From Octopus bimaculoides (lineage: Eukaryota): 46,684 nt of DNA. The notes under the pieces were generated by a model. That model was not told where the DNA came from. It saw nothing but the letters and a program-made list of their open reading frames with translations, and did not search any database. Shown here in pieces: positions 1-10,648 of the stretch; the stretch's first letter is position 1; each line of letters opens with the position of its first letter. The DNA lies in NCBI RefSeq assembly GCF_001194135.2, contig NC_068994.1:35000869-35047552 (forward strand), written 5' to 3'. The position numbers and the translations under genes were made by a program.

Positions 1-335
1 GAGATGCACCATTTTGAGCGTGGCCGTTGCCAGTACCGCCTGACTGGCTCCTGTAGGATTTTCGAGCGAGATCGTTGCCAGTGCCCCTGGACTGGCTTGT
101 GCGGGTGGCACATAAAAGACACCATTTCGAGCGTGGCCGTTTTCGTGCGGGTGACACGTAAAAGCACCCACTACACTCTCTGAGTGGTTGGCGTTAGGAA
201 GGGCATCCAGCTGTAGAAACTCTGCCAAATCAGACTGGAGCCTGGTGTTGCCATCCGGTTTCACCAGTCCTCAGTCAAATCGTCCAACCCATGCTAGCAT
301 GGAAAGCGGACGTTAAACGATGATGATGATGATGA
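1..335 (+). mobile_element. 3' part of a SINE/LINE-tail retroposon with internal subrepeats and (GAT)n tail; CpG-rich, so probably young
   Basis: Module GTTGGCGTTAGGAAGGGCATCCAGC...TCCAACCCATGCTAGCATGGAAAGCGGACGTTAAACGATGATGATG; decayed copies recur about 10 times in the window. Cut off at the window start. Confidence 0.75.
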
Positions 336-398
336 CACGTAATTCTGTTAAGAGGTTAATTTGATTCAATTATTATTAATATTTTAATTTTTTTTTTA

Positions 399-627
399 AG
401 GCACCGAGCTGGTAGAATTGTTAGCACACCAGTAAAAATTGTTCAACAGATTTTGTCCGTCTTTACATGTCTGAGTTCAAATTCTGCTGAAATCAACTTT
501 GCCTGTCATCGTTTTGGAGTTGGAGTAAAACAAATACTAGTTGAGCACTGGGGTTGATGTAATCAATAAAACCTCTTCACTCAAACATTTCAGGCCTTGT
601 GTCTATAGCAGAAAGGAATAATTTTTT
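399..627 (+). mobile_element. tRNA-derived SINE, family A (GGCGGCGAGCTGGCAGAATCGTTAGC head)
   Basis: A-box-like GAGCTGGTAGAATTGTTAG, B-box-like GAGTTCAAATTCTGC, then the AGTACCAGTTGAGCACTGGGG body; many paralogues in the window. Confidence 0.75.
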
Positions 628-855
628 AAGGCAGCAAGTTGGCAGAATTATTAGCATGCCGGGCTAAATGCTTAGTGGCATTTCATTCGTCTTTACATTC
701 TGAGTTTAAATTCTGCCGAAGTCGACTTTACCTTTTGGCATCTTGGGGTTGATAAATCAAGTACCAGTTGAGCACTGAGGTTGATGTAATTGACTTACCC
801 ACCACATGCACATACAGAAATTACTGGCCTTGTGCCAAATTTTGAAGCCAATATT
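628..855 (+). mobile_element. tRNA-derived SINE, family A, second copy in tandem
   Basis: Same head and body as 399-627, directly adjacent. Confidence 0.75.
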
Positions 856-1139
856 TTATTAGTTTGATAATTTTTTCATTATTATGGGTATACCTCATTA
901 TCCTATGATGACAATGTTAGCTTCCCTTTTGCATTTTTTTAAAAATTTTGTCCATTTACTTTATATTGTTTTTAGTATAAATGGTCAGTGACACTAATTC
1001 ACAGTGAACAAAATAAGTGAACTCTGGGCATATCAAATTTCATTATCTCCACTATCTTTTGCTTCCATCCTTTATATTCTCTCATCATGGATGATATACA
1101 CTTATCTTTAATACTAGAAATTTCAGTTCACTTCATCCT

Positions 1140-1262
1140 TGCTTGGAACCAGGTATGGGTTGGTGACAGGAAGGGCATCTGGCCATAGAAAATCTGCCAC
1201 AATAAACTGCCTAATCCATGCAATTATAGACAAATGAATGTTAAATTGATGTTGATGATTTA
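1140..1262 (+). mobile_element. Fragment of the (GAT)n-tailed retroposon family
   Basis: GGTTGGTGACAGGAAGGGCATCTGGCCATAGAAAATCTGCC...CCATGCAA...GTTAAATTGATGTTGATGA. Confidence 0.6.
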
Positions 1263-1544
1263 ACATTTGTAACACGAACATCCAAACCACTATACCATGC
1301 AGCTTCACAAAACCATCATATTAGGGTCTGTACATTAACAATAGTCTCTCCCCATAAATTCTTTGGCTTTGTGATAAAGTATAAGAAACCATTGGCTTTG
1401 TTCACATAGGACACAAAGAGAGTGATGTAAAGTTAAGTGAACCAAGCATAGTATATTACTGGTATTTAATCTATTGATCCTTTGGAAAGATTACAACACA
1501 TTTTGCCCAATATGGAATTGATCCATTAAAAATTACTTAAGCAA

Positions 1545-2010
1545 CTCTGACACTGAAGGTAACAACCCTAAGGTCCAGTCCTTGCTGAGGTGTGATGTCT
1601 AACGTGCATTTATGACCCTGAGATCTATGTCAGTGAACCACAAGCTCCCAATGGAGCCTCTCATGCTGGACTAGTCAAAGGATAGCGGCAAAACTACTAT
1701 GGACCACCTCTTCCCAGAATTAAAAATAGGCCTAAGTAGGGCCAACATGCCTATTTAGAAAGAAGAAAAGTTCAAGTAGCATCAATGGCAATGCAAAACA
1801 AACAAGACCTGGGAGAGGAAGGTCTTCCCTCAGGGAAAAATATGATGTGGTGTGACAAAATCCAAATGGGAAAAGCAGAGATCCAACTTAAGAGAAGTCA
1901 TAAAAACGGCCCGGAGTTGAGAACAGTCATCGATAGCCAAGGTTCCAATAGGGAGTGAAGGGCTTGGAATGAAGAAGAAAGAACACCAATGGTAAGCTGA
2001 TATATTTATA
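1545..2010 (+). mobile_element. Possible 5' UTR remnant of an RTE-type LINE
   Basis: More GC-balanced island in AT-rich DNA; GAGCCTCTCATGCTGGACTAGTC...GGAAAAGCAGAGATCCAAC resembles RTE 5' leaders from memory. No ORF support. Confidence 0.25.
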
Positions 2011-2319
2011 TCTCGCAACTGTTTATAATGACTTGAAAATTAAAATGTATACCAATGGATAATAGCCCATGCCAACAGCAACATAAAATAAGGTATAAAA
2101 AGTTTATAGAATATGAAATAATTGTAGAAAAGCATTAAATCTAGTAACGTATTCTTTTAGCTATCTTATGTGTTCCCATATTTTATTTTAATTTAAACAA
2201 CAATTGCGGGAAAAAAAAAAAAGAGTATGTTTGAGGGGAGTAAAGGGGGAAATTGATGGAAACATAAAAGAGTTGAGAAACTACAAAGATACTGATGTAA
2301 AATAAAAGATATAAGAAAA

Positions 2320-2402
2320 AGAGAGAGAGAGAGAGAGAGACAAACAGACAGAAGACAGAGATAAAAACAGATGAAAAAATCAGAGCAAATGTGTGTGTGC
2401 AT

Positions 2403-2450
<48 letters not shown>

Positions 2451-2490
2451 GGCAGGCAGGCAGGCAGGTAGGCAGGTAGGCAGACAGAAG
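2320..2490. repeat. Compound microsatellite (GA)n/(GACA)n/(GGCA)n
   Basis: Read directly; explains the ORF-track entries 2183-2527 and 2193-2576. Confidence 0.95.
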
Positions 2491-3086
2491 GTAGAGGAAG
2501 GGAAACACACCAAACTGAGGTAGACAAACAGATAAATAGGTCTAGTTTGATGAATGCAACTCCAGTTAAATATCAAGGTCTGTAACTCTGCTTAGCTCGT
2601 TCCTCACCAACCAGTTTTGGAGAATTAGACAGGCAGATATCGAATTATCTGCACAACGAAAATACATCCTCAAAACCTAAGTCCATAGGAGCCTGTGGTA
2701 CAGAATATTATAGATGTGTGTGTCTGTGTGTGCGTACAGCTGTGTGTGAATGTGTCTACATTTATTAAATCTTAACTCCTGTTTGTGTTATTTTCTATAT
2801 GTGAGTGTATGTGTGTGTGTGTGTGTGCGTGCGTGCGTGTATACATACATACACACACTCACAGTAATAGAAAGTGGGGATTGAAGAAAACCAGGCAAAT
2901 AGCTCAGCATCCATAAAAAAAAATTGTGGCTAACAGGAAGTCAAGTGAAGAAGATAGATATCCATATTGGTTAAATCCACAGAGCTTTCTATATTTTTTT
3001 AAGCATATGTATATGTATGTAAATGTCATATATCTAGATGTGGGTATAGACATATGTGTACACATATATGTAAATATATATGTATT

Positions 3087-3230
3087 GTGCAGTCGTTACT
3101 GTGTGGTAAGAAGCTTTCTTCCCAACCACATGGTTCCTGGCTCATTTCCACTGCATGGGCAAGTGTTTTCTACCGACCAAAGCCTTGAGAGTGGATTTGG
3201 CTGGCAGAAAATGGAAGAAGCCCAACGTGT
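3087..3230 (+). mobile_element. CORE-type tRNA SINE, family B, 5' half
   Basis: CTGTGTGGTAAGAAGCTTTCTTCCCAACCACATGGTTCC...GGGCAAGTGT...CCGACCAAAGCCTTGAGAGTGGATTTGG. Confidence 0.7.
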
Positions 3231-3639
3231 GTGTGTGTATGTATGTGTGTGTGTGTGTGCGTGCATGCGTGTGTGTACATACAGAATGTACCTAGTATTT
3301 GGGAACAAAGTTTAGCAGGCCATAAATGGAAGCCTACATAATATTATGTTACCAAATTTATGCAACCAATATATGCACCAAATCTAACTTACTTATTTTT
3401 CTTCCAGGCACATCGATAGCATCAGCATAGCAGATTGCAATCTGACACAGGGAAGGAAAATAAATGACTGCAGCTACCAAGCACAGCAACTCAGTGATTA
3501 CCACCTTCTGGAACATGACTAGTTCCTTCATCTTCTGGGCCAAGGAAGAGGTGGTGACCTTTGGTAGAGATTTGTCATCTATTACCAATTGAAAGAAACA
3601 ATCTCAGCAATTGGAAGTCATCAGATGAGCTGCGTTTGA

Positions 3640-3962
3640 CCAACAAGTCCATCCAAAACATCATTAGCCCTGGCAGACATGATAAGGAGACCAGCAAAAC
3701 TTTTAGAGCTGTGTAATCATGGGGCCACCAATATCATGAAGCCTTTCAGTATCTCTGATGCAAAAACCCTTGACTACTGTATCTAGAGTATCACTAGAGA
3801 GCAGGTAACCAGCCAGAAGTCCCACAGTACCAAGGACCTATTGGGAGCTGCTGTCATGGATTTCATAGTGGTATAGGCAGAGATCTTCTGATTCTGGCAT
3901 GCAGTCATTTCTGTGGTCACATCAGGGCTATCATTAAGACTGAGGGCCATTTTCTTAAATGA
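3640..3962 (+). pseudogene. Decayed IS630-Tc1-mariner transposase C-terminus, probably DD37D/maT
   Basis: Manual translation: ...KPFSISDAKTLDYCI*SITRE...HSTKDLLGAAV and ILACSHFCGHIRAIIKTEGHFLK*. These match the WPPxSPDLNPLDYxxWS...HxTKxSL...ACSRFRxRIEAVIxAEGxFIE pattern. Confidence 0.6.
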
Positions 3963-4598
3963 CCTGTTTTTTGTTTTGATGCATCCGATTAAATATGAGT
4001 ACAATTTTTCAGGTACCATGTTACTTTTTATTGTTTAGTGTCTTTGTTTTCCCTTATGTATTGCTTTGTTTCTATTTGCCTATCACACCTTGCTATATAC
4101 ACTTGCTGTGCCAGGCATTTGTGACCAGAAACTGAGCTGGCTATAGCTCTAAATAACTAAACAATGTTATGAAGCAATGTGCCATATGTGAACTTCCACA
4201 TTTCACTTTCAGCAGTATTGACATCGAACATGACTGACACAAAAAACTAAGACATGTTCATGGTTTTAACTGCCATCTTTAGTGACTCACAAATCAGCAG
4301 CTTCTAGTACATAGCCAGGTCCTTTATACTGAGAATCCTAAAAGTGCTGGAGGGCTCAGTCAGGAATGGGTCACCTGTAGCCAAGAGAAAAAAAACATTT
4401 TCCTAGAGAAAAAAAAAATCATTCATCCACCATGTGTAGGATATCATCAACAATGTCCCTAGTAAATTAACGAGGGCTGTCAATAAGCAGTTCAAGAAGG
4501 TGGTGCTGGTGGTAGTGGTGGAGGAGGAGGAGTCTCCTATCAGACATGTAGTGCAAGAGAGAATCCAATCTATGTCCAGCAGAACAGTGTGATGTAGT

Positions 4599-4866
4599 CA
4601 AAGCACTTACTCAAGAAGTTTGAGCATCCTAAGATACTAGTCATTCACTTTTGTAAGTTTGTAATAGCATTCTCTGAGAAAAAACATGTTTCAGTAGCTG
4701 GAAATATGTTAAGCATTAGAGAAAGAAACCCAGCTGTTTCTCACAATAAATACATCTAAAGCAAAGTTTTCTTATTGGCCCCTAAAATACTGCCATGGAC
4801 ACCCAATTTTCTGTTTTCACCACTCCCTGCGCCAGAGGTCATGTGGACCCCAGTTGAGAACCTCTG
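4599..4866. mobile_element. Possible hAT/Charlie-type MITE inserted in the transposase remnant
   Basis: Right end GTTGAGAACCTCTG (reverse complement CAGAGGTTCTCAAC) followed by ATCTAGAT, a Charlie-like target. The left TIR and TSD are degenerate and not confirmed. Confidence 0.35.
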
Positions 4867-4869
4867 ATC

Positions 4870-5065
4870 TAGATGAAGGAAGTGACCTGAGAAAGGCTGT
4901 ACATCCTTCAGTAGAATTCTGCTCTCTCCCACATGGCTCTCATCATCCAGGAATAGCCAATCAAGAATATTCACAATTATGTGACCCCAAAATCCAAAAT
5001 GTAGCTTCCTAGCTCTCTGGACTTGAACTGCCTAGACTACATTAGGGGTATCACCAAAAGGGCAC
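4870..5065 (+). pseudogene. Second decayed DD37D/maT-like transposase fragment (catalytic region)
   Basis: *MKEVT*ERLYILQ*NSALSHMALIIQE*PIKNIHNYVTPKSKM*LPSSLDLNCLDYIRGIT, colinear with W..V..RPYVFQQDSAPSH....QEW....H..TP.MWPPSSPDLNPLDY. Confidence 0.7.
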
Positions 5066-6526
5066 ACAGAAGGCTGTTAGCTTGGGAGAGATGGAGATGG
5101 ACAACATGAATGAGAAACACTTGATCACAGCATACAGTCAATTCTATACTCACATTCATGGACCATTACTGAGGTTGACGGTGGTGTTATTGACTAACCA
5201 ACTTTTTTGTTGAACATGTGCACTATTTTTTTTAAACATATTGTTCTATTTAATAATAGTTTCTCCTGGTATTTTATTTTTACTGATCAACTACCCAGTG
5301 CTCCATTATGTGTGTGTGCATGCGTGCATGTGGGAGTTTAGCCATCTGTGTGTCAAATTTAATGTAAATGCATCACTGAAAAGAATGTTACAGCCGTGGG
5401 ACAAACTTCATTACCCTCTGACATATATTGTTTTTAAAGCTAGCATGTCCATAACAAATGTTATCCCTGGATGAATACTGCAGTAAATTTGACTTTCAAA
5501 GATGTATTTGCATCAAATATGATACATATATGGTTATTCTAATCCAATACCGCTTCAGTACTGGATATATATGTGTGTGTACATATATATATATGTGTGT
5601 GTGTATATGTGCATGCTCACACTCAAACACAGTGTGAATCAGAAGAAATGAAATGAATTTAAACATTGCAAAGTTTCAATATGAGTGAAATAAAAATCTA
5701 AGCATATTCTTTTGATATGGATGAGCTGAAAACAGAGCAAGAAATCTCCTGATAATTTTTTTATATGGTTTGGTGACTATTCCTCAGGGATGACATACCC
5801 AGTTTCCTACAACCCAACCCCTCCCACCAATCAATAGCATAGAACACACAGCTACTGCATAAAGCAAACAGATTAGACACATAACCTATATATAAATAAA
5901 CAACTTTATATGTCATTAAATAAATGACTAACTGAAGAATAATTAATTATGGCAAGTCCATCTCTGTCTACTATATTGTAATCTTTGGCTCATTGTTGAA
6001 ATGCATCTTCATTGTGTCTTTTTCTCTAAGTATTTCAATGGTTATTGCACTGATGAACTTTTTAGCCTGCTACCCTCTGTCAAGACCTTTAAACATGTCA
6101 CCTTCTCTTCCCAACTTCATCTTTTCTTTGTTGAGTTTCCTTGTTAATAATAAGCCCTTTTGTTCTTATAGCTCCTTTTCTTGAACTGCTACTATCTGGA
6201 ACTCATATTCATCTTGTTTCTCTCTTGTCTATGATTTTCAGTCCTTCAAGTTTTCTTGCAACCGACATTATTTGAATTTGTTGGCCCCTTTCTTTACCCT
6301 CTTTGTAGTCAGTTACACCAGGGGTAACCAGTCACTGAATCACTGACTAGTACTGAGCTACAGATCATTTGGTCCTGGTCCACACACAAAGAATAAATTC
6401 TTCCTTTTATTTCTACTTTATTGACTATCACAATCTGCATGGTACTTGCATTATATATGTGTTATATATGTAATATATATGTAATAAATGAATTATATAT
6501 TATGTACTTTATTGCTTTTTGCATTA

Positions 6527-6746
6527 CGAGGGGTGCTGAAAAGTTCCTGACTTTGAGTAAAAGAAAATACAGGAGGATCAGTCAATTATCAGTTAATCTC
6601 ATTCAACATTTCCCCCTCTCAGATTCACACACTTATTGCAGCAGTCTTCAGTTTTTGTAAGCCCAGAAAAAGAACTTAAAGGTTTGGGCCTCCAAACAGG
6701 CCTTTTATGATACCATTAAACCAAGGATCTTTTCAGCAACCCCTCA
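6527..6746. mobile_element. mariner-type MITE with TA target duplication
   Basis: TA|CGAGGGGTGCTGAAAAGTTCC...GGATCTTTTCAGCAACCCCTCA|TA: imperfect TIRs of about 20 bp, 220 bp, non-coding. Confidence 0.85.
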
Positions 6747-7009
6747 TATATATGTATTACATATGTAATATGTATGCAATATATAATATTTAAATGATTT
6801 GCAGCTTATTGTGTTTTTTTATGTGCATGATCCACCCAGTTCATGGAAAAATTGTTTTGCATGAAGCTGATCTGTGGTACAAAGAAGGCTGGTAACCACT
6901 GCCTGACACTAAAGTAGCCAGCCCCAAGCCTTGTTTGGGACAAAATCATATAAAGGAAAGAGAAAAAATATAAAATAGTAAAAAGAGACATAAATATCGT
7001 CAAACTCAC

Positions 7010-7130
7010 CGTTTGTTGTGTGTCTGTTTTTTGAATGATTGAATTGGAAGGATGTGTGGTGCTGATGTTGTTCAAAATGTCAATGATGCCATCGGTTAAG
7101 ACTTCCAGAGAATGCAGCTCGCAACTCCTC
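7010..7130 (-). CDS. Candidate internal coding exon of an unidentified host gene
   Basis: Acceptor ttttaaatttgtag|G and consensus donor ACG|GTGAGT. 121 nt with exactly one open frame: RSCELHSLEVLTDGIIDILNNISTTHPSNSIIQKTDTQQT. Not recognised as a repeat; no homology recognised. Confidence 0.4.
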
Positions 7131-7264
7131 CTACAAATTTAAAATTCATTGCAAATAGTTTGAAAATAATTATTGCTGATTGCAGTCTATAAATGAAAAG
7201 ATATTTTCCACAGTTATGAATGTATGATGTTGATAAAAAAAGAAAAGAAAAAAAAATTACACTT

Positions 7265-7541
7265 CCACATTAAAGATCAAAGTTGTGTGCATGAGAGTGG
7301 GAGAGGGTGAGAGAGAGAGAGAGAGAGTGTGTGAAAGATAATGAGAGAGAGAAAGAAAGTGAGGAGCACGTGAGAGAGAGACAGAGAGAGAAAATGTGTA
7401 TGAGAGAGACAGAGAGAGAGAACACATGAGAGTGTGTGTGTGAGAGAGACCAAGTGAGTGAGTGTGTGTGTATGTGTGTGTGAGAATGAGAGAGTGTGAG
7501 AAAAGGGGGGAGTGTATGTGTGAGAGAGAGAGAGAGAGAGA

Positions 7542-7579
<38 letters not shown>

Positions 7580-7665
7580 ACATGCAGTGTCTGTGAGAGA
7601 AGTTGTCACATAATTTTAAAAGGGGGAGGGAGAGAGATAGCGTGTGTGTGTGTGTGTGTGTGTTG
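7265..7665. repeat. Complex (GA)n/(GT)n microsatellite block
   Basis: Read directly; source of the spurious HT/SL-repeat ORFs. Confidence 0.95.
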
Positions 7666-8494
7666 CTAGGTTAAATGTTAACTAATTGACTGATAATAAT
7701 AATAATGAAAGAAGTGAAATAAAATCAGTGTGTGTGTTTGTTATTGGCATTATGACCCTCCTGAGAAACAATAAAATCTGTTTCAATACATAGTTTCACA
7801 TCAAGAATCTTGCAGACCAAATAGAAAATCAAAACATAGACAACATAGTTTTCCTCTAAAAAAAACACAGGGTATGATTTTTAACAATTTTGTGGTTGCA
7901 CAGCCCAAAATTGATAAAATCACAATTACTGTCTTGAACTTAGGAACAACAAATCAGATAACATGCAGTTAGATACAACAATATGGACTAAAGAACAACG
8001 GGGATGGTCATGATTGGAATCCATTTTATCATGACTGGAAACGATTTTATCATAGCACTGTTTAGACAGGACTAATCAGGAGTTAAACATCAACATGAAC
8101 TAGCATAAAAGCCTCAATATGTTTACTTGTCTTACTAAAAATAATAGTCAAACCTTCCTTAAAATATAGATATTTCTTAAAAAAAAGGAAAGGCATTTCA
8201 ATTTATGAAATTCTAAGATAAACTGTATCTGAAACAAACCACATGGTCACAGCTGGGAAATCTTTGGACATAAGTCTGCTTAATCAGGAGTGGTTAGAAG
8301 TGATGAGGGCTAAACCATCACAAGTCTAAAATTGTTTTATCAGCAAACTAATTATGTTGCTGTAAAGAGTGAATTATTAATTTGCTGAAGTGCTTCTCCG
8401 ATTATTTTTTATTCATAATCAATATTGCAATAAGTATTATTTATTGTAGGAATCTTAAACATGTTCCACAGTATTATATATATATATATATATA

Positions 8495-9007
8495 ATCATC
8501 ATTAAATGTGACTAAGGGTGTCGACACACCTACATTGTGTCAGCACCCTTAGTCACCCTTAATGATAGGTAAATTTTTCCAGTACTGGTAACATGTATAA
8601 GACACATGTGACAGTGACACATAAAAGGCACCTGTGATGGTGACACATAAAAAGAGATCCTTGGCTATGTCAAGATCGTTTTTTTTGTATTCTTCTTTCC
8701 CCACTTAGATTGTTTAAATGTTGTCACAACAGTAATATGTCCATTCTGCTGAAATGAAATTTTCTGTAAATTTTCTGTATCCTTGTGCAGCTGAAGATTG
8801 CTCTGCATTTTACATTTAATGTAATGCTCGCATTACTTAAATAAATGGAGTAGCATGAAACGTGCGTACTGCAACAACCTTGAAAATCCATGTTGCTTTT
8901 TTTGATTTTTGATCACCTTGTTTTTGGAATTGTTTGGATAATACCATACTATATCCTGGTGCCTAAACTTAAGTGCCACATTCAATTTTAAATCTAAATT
9001 TTATTTT
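8495..9007 (+). mobile_element. Non-coding PLE-like element (pLTR or retrozyme-like) between two (TA)n tracts, with a 5' fold-back and a hammerhead
   Basis: (TA)n ends at about 8494 and resumes at about 9008. Hairpin at 8498-8566, hammerhead at 8783-8877, no ORF. A short piece resembling the (GAT)n-family subrepeats lies at about 8580-8655. Confidence 0.65.
8783..8877 (+). ncRNA. Type I hammerhead ribozyme, minimal stem III, extended stem II
   Basis: Stem I TGCAG(8786-90)/CTGCA(8869-73); core CTGAAGA(8791-97); stem II hairpin 8799-8855; GAAA(8857-60); stem III C-GTGC-G; cleavage triplet GTA (8866-68). Confidence 0.85.
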
Positions 9008-9280
9008 TATATATATATATATATATANNNNNNNNNNNNNNNNNNNNNNNNNNNNNNNNNNNNNNNNNNNNNNNNNNNNNNNNNNNNNNNNNNNNNNNNN
9101 NNNNNNNNNNNNNNNNNNNNNNNNNNNNNNNNNNNNNNNNNNNNNNNNNNNNNNNNNNNNNNNNNNNNNNNNNNNNNNNNNNNNNNNNNNNNNNNNNNNN
9201 NNNNTATATATATGTATGTATATTTATATATATATATATATATGTATGTATATTTATATATATATATATATATGTATATT

Positions 9281-9317
<37 letters not shown>

Positions 9318-9319
<2 letters not shown>

Positions 9320-10648
9320 GGGGAGTTCTGATTCAGCACAAATAGCTGATTTAGTCTGTATATATATATACTTTATGAAATGGCAGAACAGTTCCCAAGC
9401 ATCAATGGATCTCTATATCGTGATGATTGTTTACTTTACCTTCAAAATGTTTCTGACCAAAAAGTACAAAAGGTTAAGAATAGTTTAGTTAAGTTTTTCC
9501 ATAGAATGGGCTTAGGCATCGTTTTTGATGATGATGTAATGAAGGCCAACATTTTAGATATTAAACTTAACTTACACAATAATTCGTACTTCCCATACCA
9601 CAAACCATTGACCAATCTTCAGTATATTAGCAAATTCAGTAATCATTCTTGGGAAATCACTAAGAACTTAGTTAAGAATATTTCATTTAGATTGTCTAAG
9701 TTATCTGCTAATGTCGACATTTTCAATGATAAGGCTGAATTTTATAACTCTGCCTTACTTAAAGCAAGTTATACAGAGAAAGTTACCTACATTAATTCCA
9801 TTCAATCTTATTTTACCTTTACTAATGGAGACATGAAATCTAGTTGCAAAGATATAAACAATATTAATTTTAATTTATACACCAACACCAAACAGAGGAA
9901 GGGAGATAACACTTATTTAAACCTATCTTTTCATTCTAAAGGTGAATCAATGTCTTTTAAAGATAGTTACACTAAAAATAAGGCAACTAATAGTAAAACT
10001 ATTTTCTTGATTATTCCTTATGGGAGGCAAATTAAATCTAATCTTCCTTTACAGTTTCAGTTTATTAGGAATTTTCCAAAGAATTCTAGGTATTACTCTA
10101 TTATCAACTCACACGGTTAGGGTTGGTTTTTCCAACACAAAAAATTTCTTACAAATTATCTTCTCACATAATATTAGTCTGTTAAATAAGAATATATTTA
10201 CTAATACTAACATTAATTTAGCTAATACCATCCATCCCCTAGAAATATTAATAACAAAGTTATTGTCTCTGAAGTCAATTCCAACAGAATTAAGTCTATG
10301 TCAAGTAACTCTAAAATTAAAAAGTGTATATACCAGTGTAAAATTACTTCAGGTACCAATGTCTTATTTTATATAGGTAGTTCTTCTCAGTTATCTAAAA
10401 GAATTTCTAATCATTACTCTACATTTAGGGGTAGGAATAAAAGTAACAGTACAGGGCTTAGTAAATTAATTTGGTATCTAAAAGACTATAATAAACAATT
10501 TAATTTAGATTGGTTGATTCTCTCAATTTCATTCCGATATGATAAAGGCAAAGAATTCTACCAACTCTGTAAAACTGAACTATTTTCTATTCTTTTTTCT
10601 AAAAATCCCCTTTGTAAACACGGTAATAGAGTGTGCTTACCAACGTAA
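9318..10648 (+). pseudogene. Penelope-like retroelement (Naiad-type) RT plus GIY-YIG endonuclease, 5'-truncated and frameshifted
   Basis: MGSSDSAQIADLVCIY / GSLYRDDCLL / LQYISKFSNH / VGFSNTKNFLQIIFSHN / KCIYQCKI...FYIGSS...RISNHYSTF...NSTGLSKLIWYLKD. Frame changes near 9365, 10110 and 10230. Confidence 0.88.

Noticed and set aside
255-280. CTGAGGA-CTGGT-GAAAC on the minus strand (hammerhead-like)
   Set aside because: No stem II or stem I can form; it lies inside a common retroposon tail.
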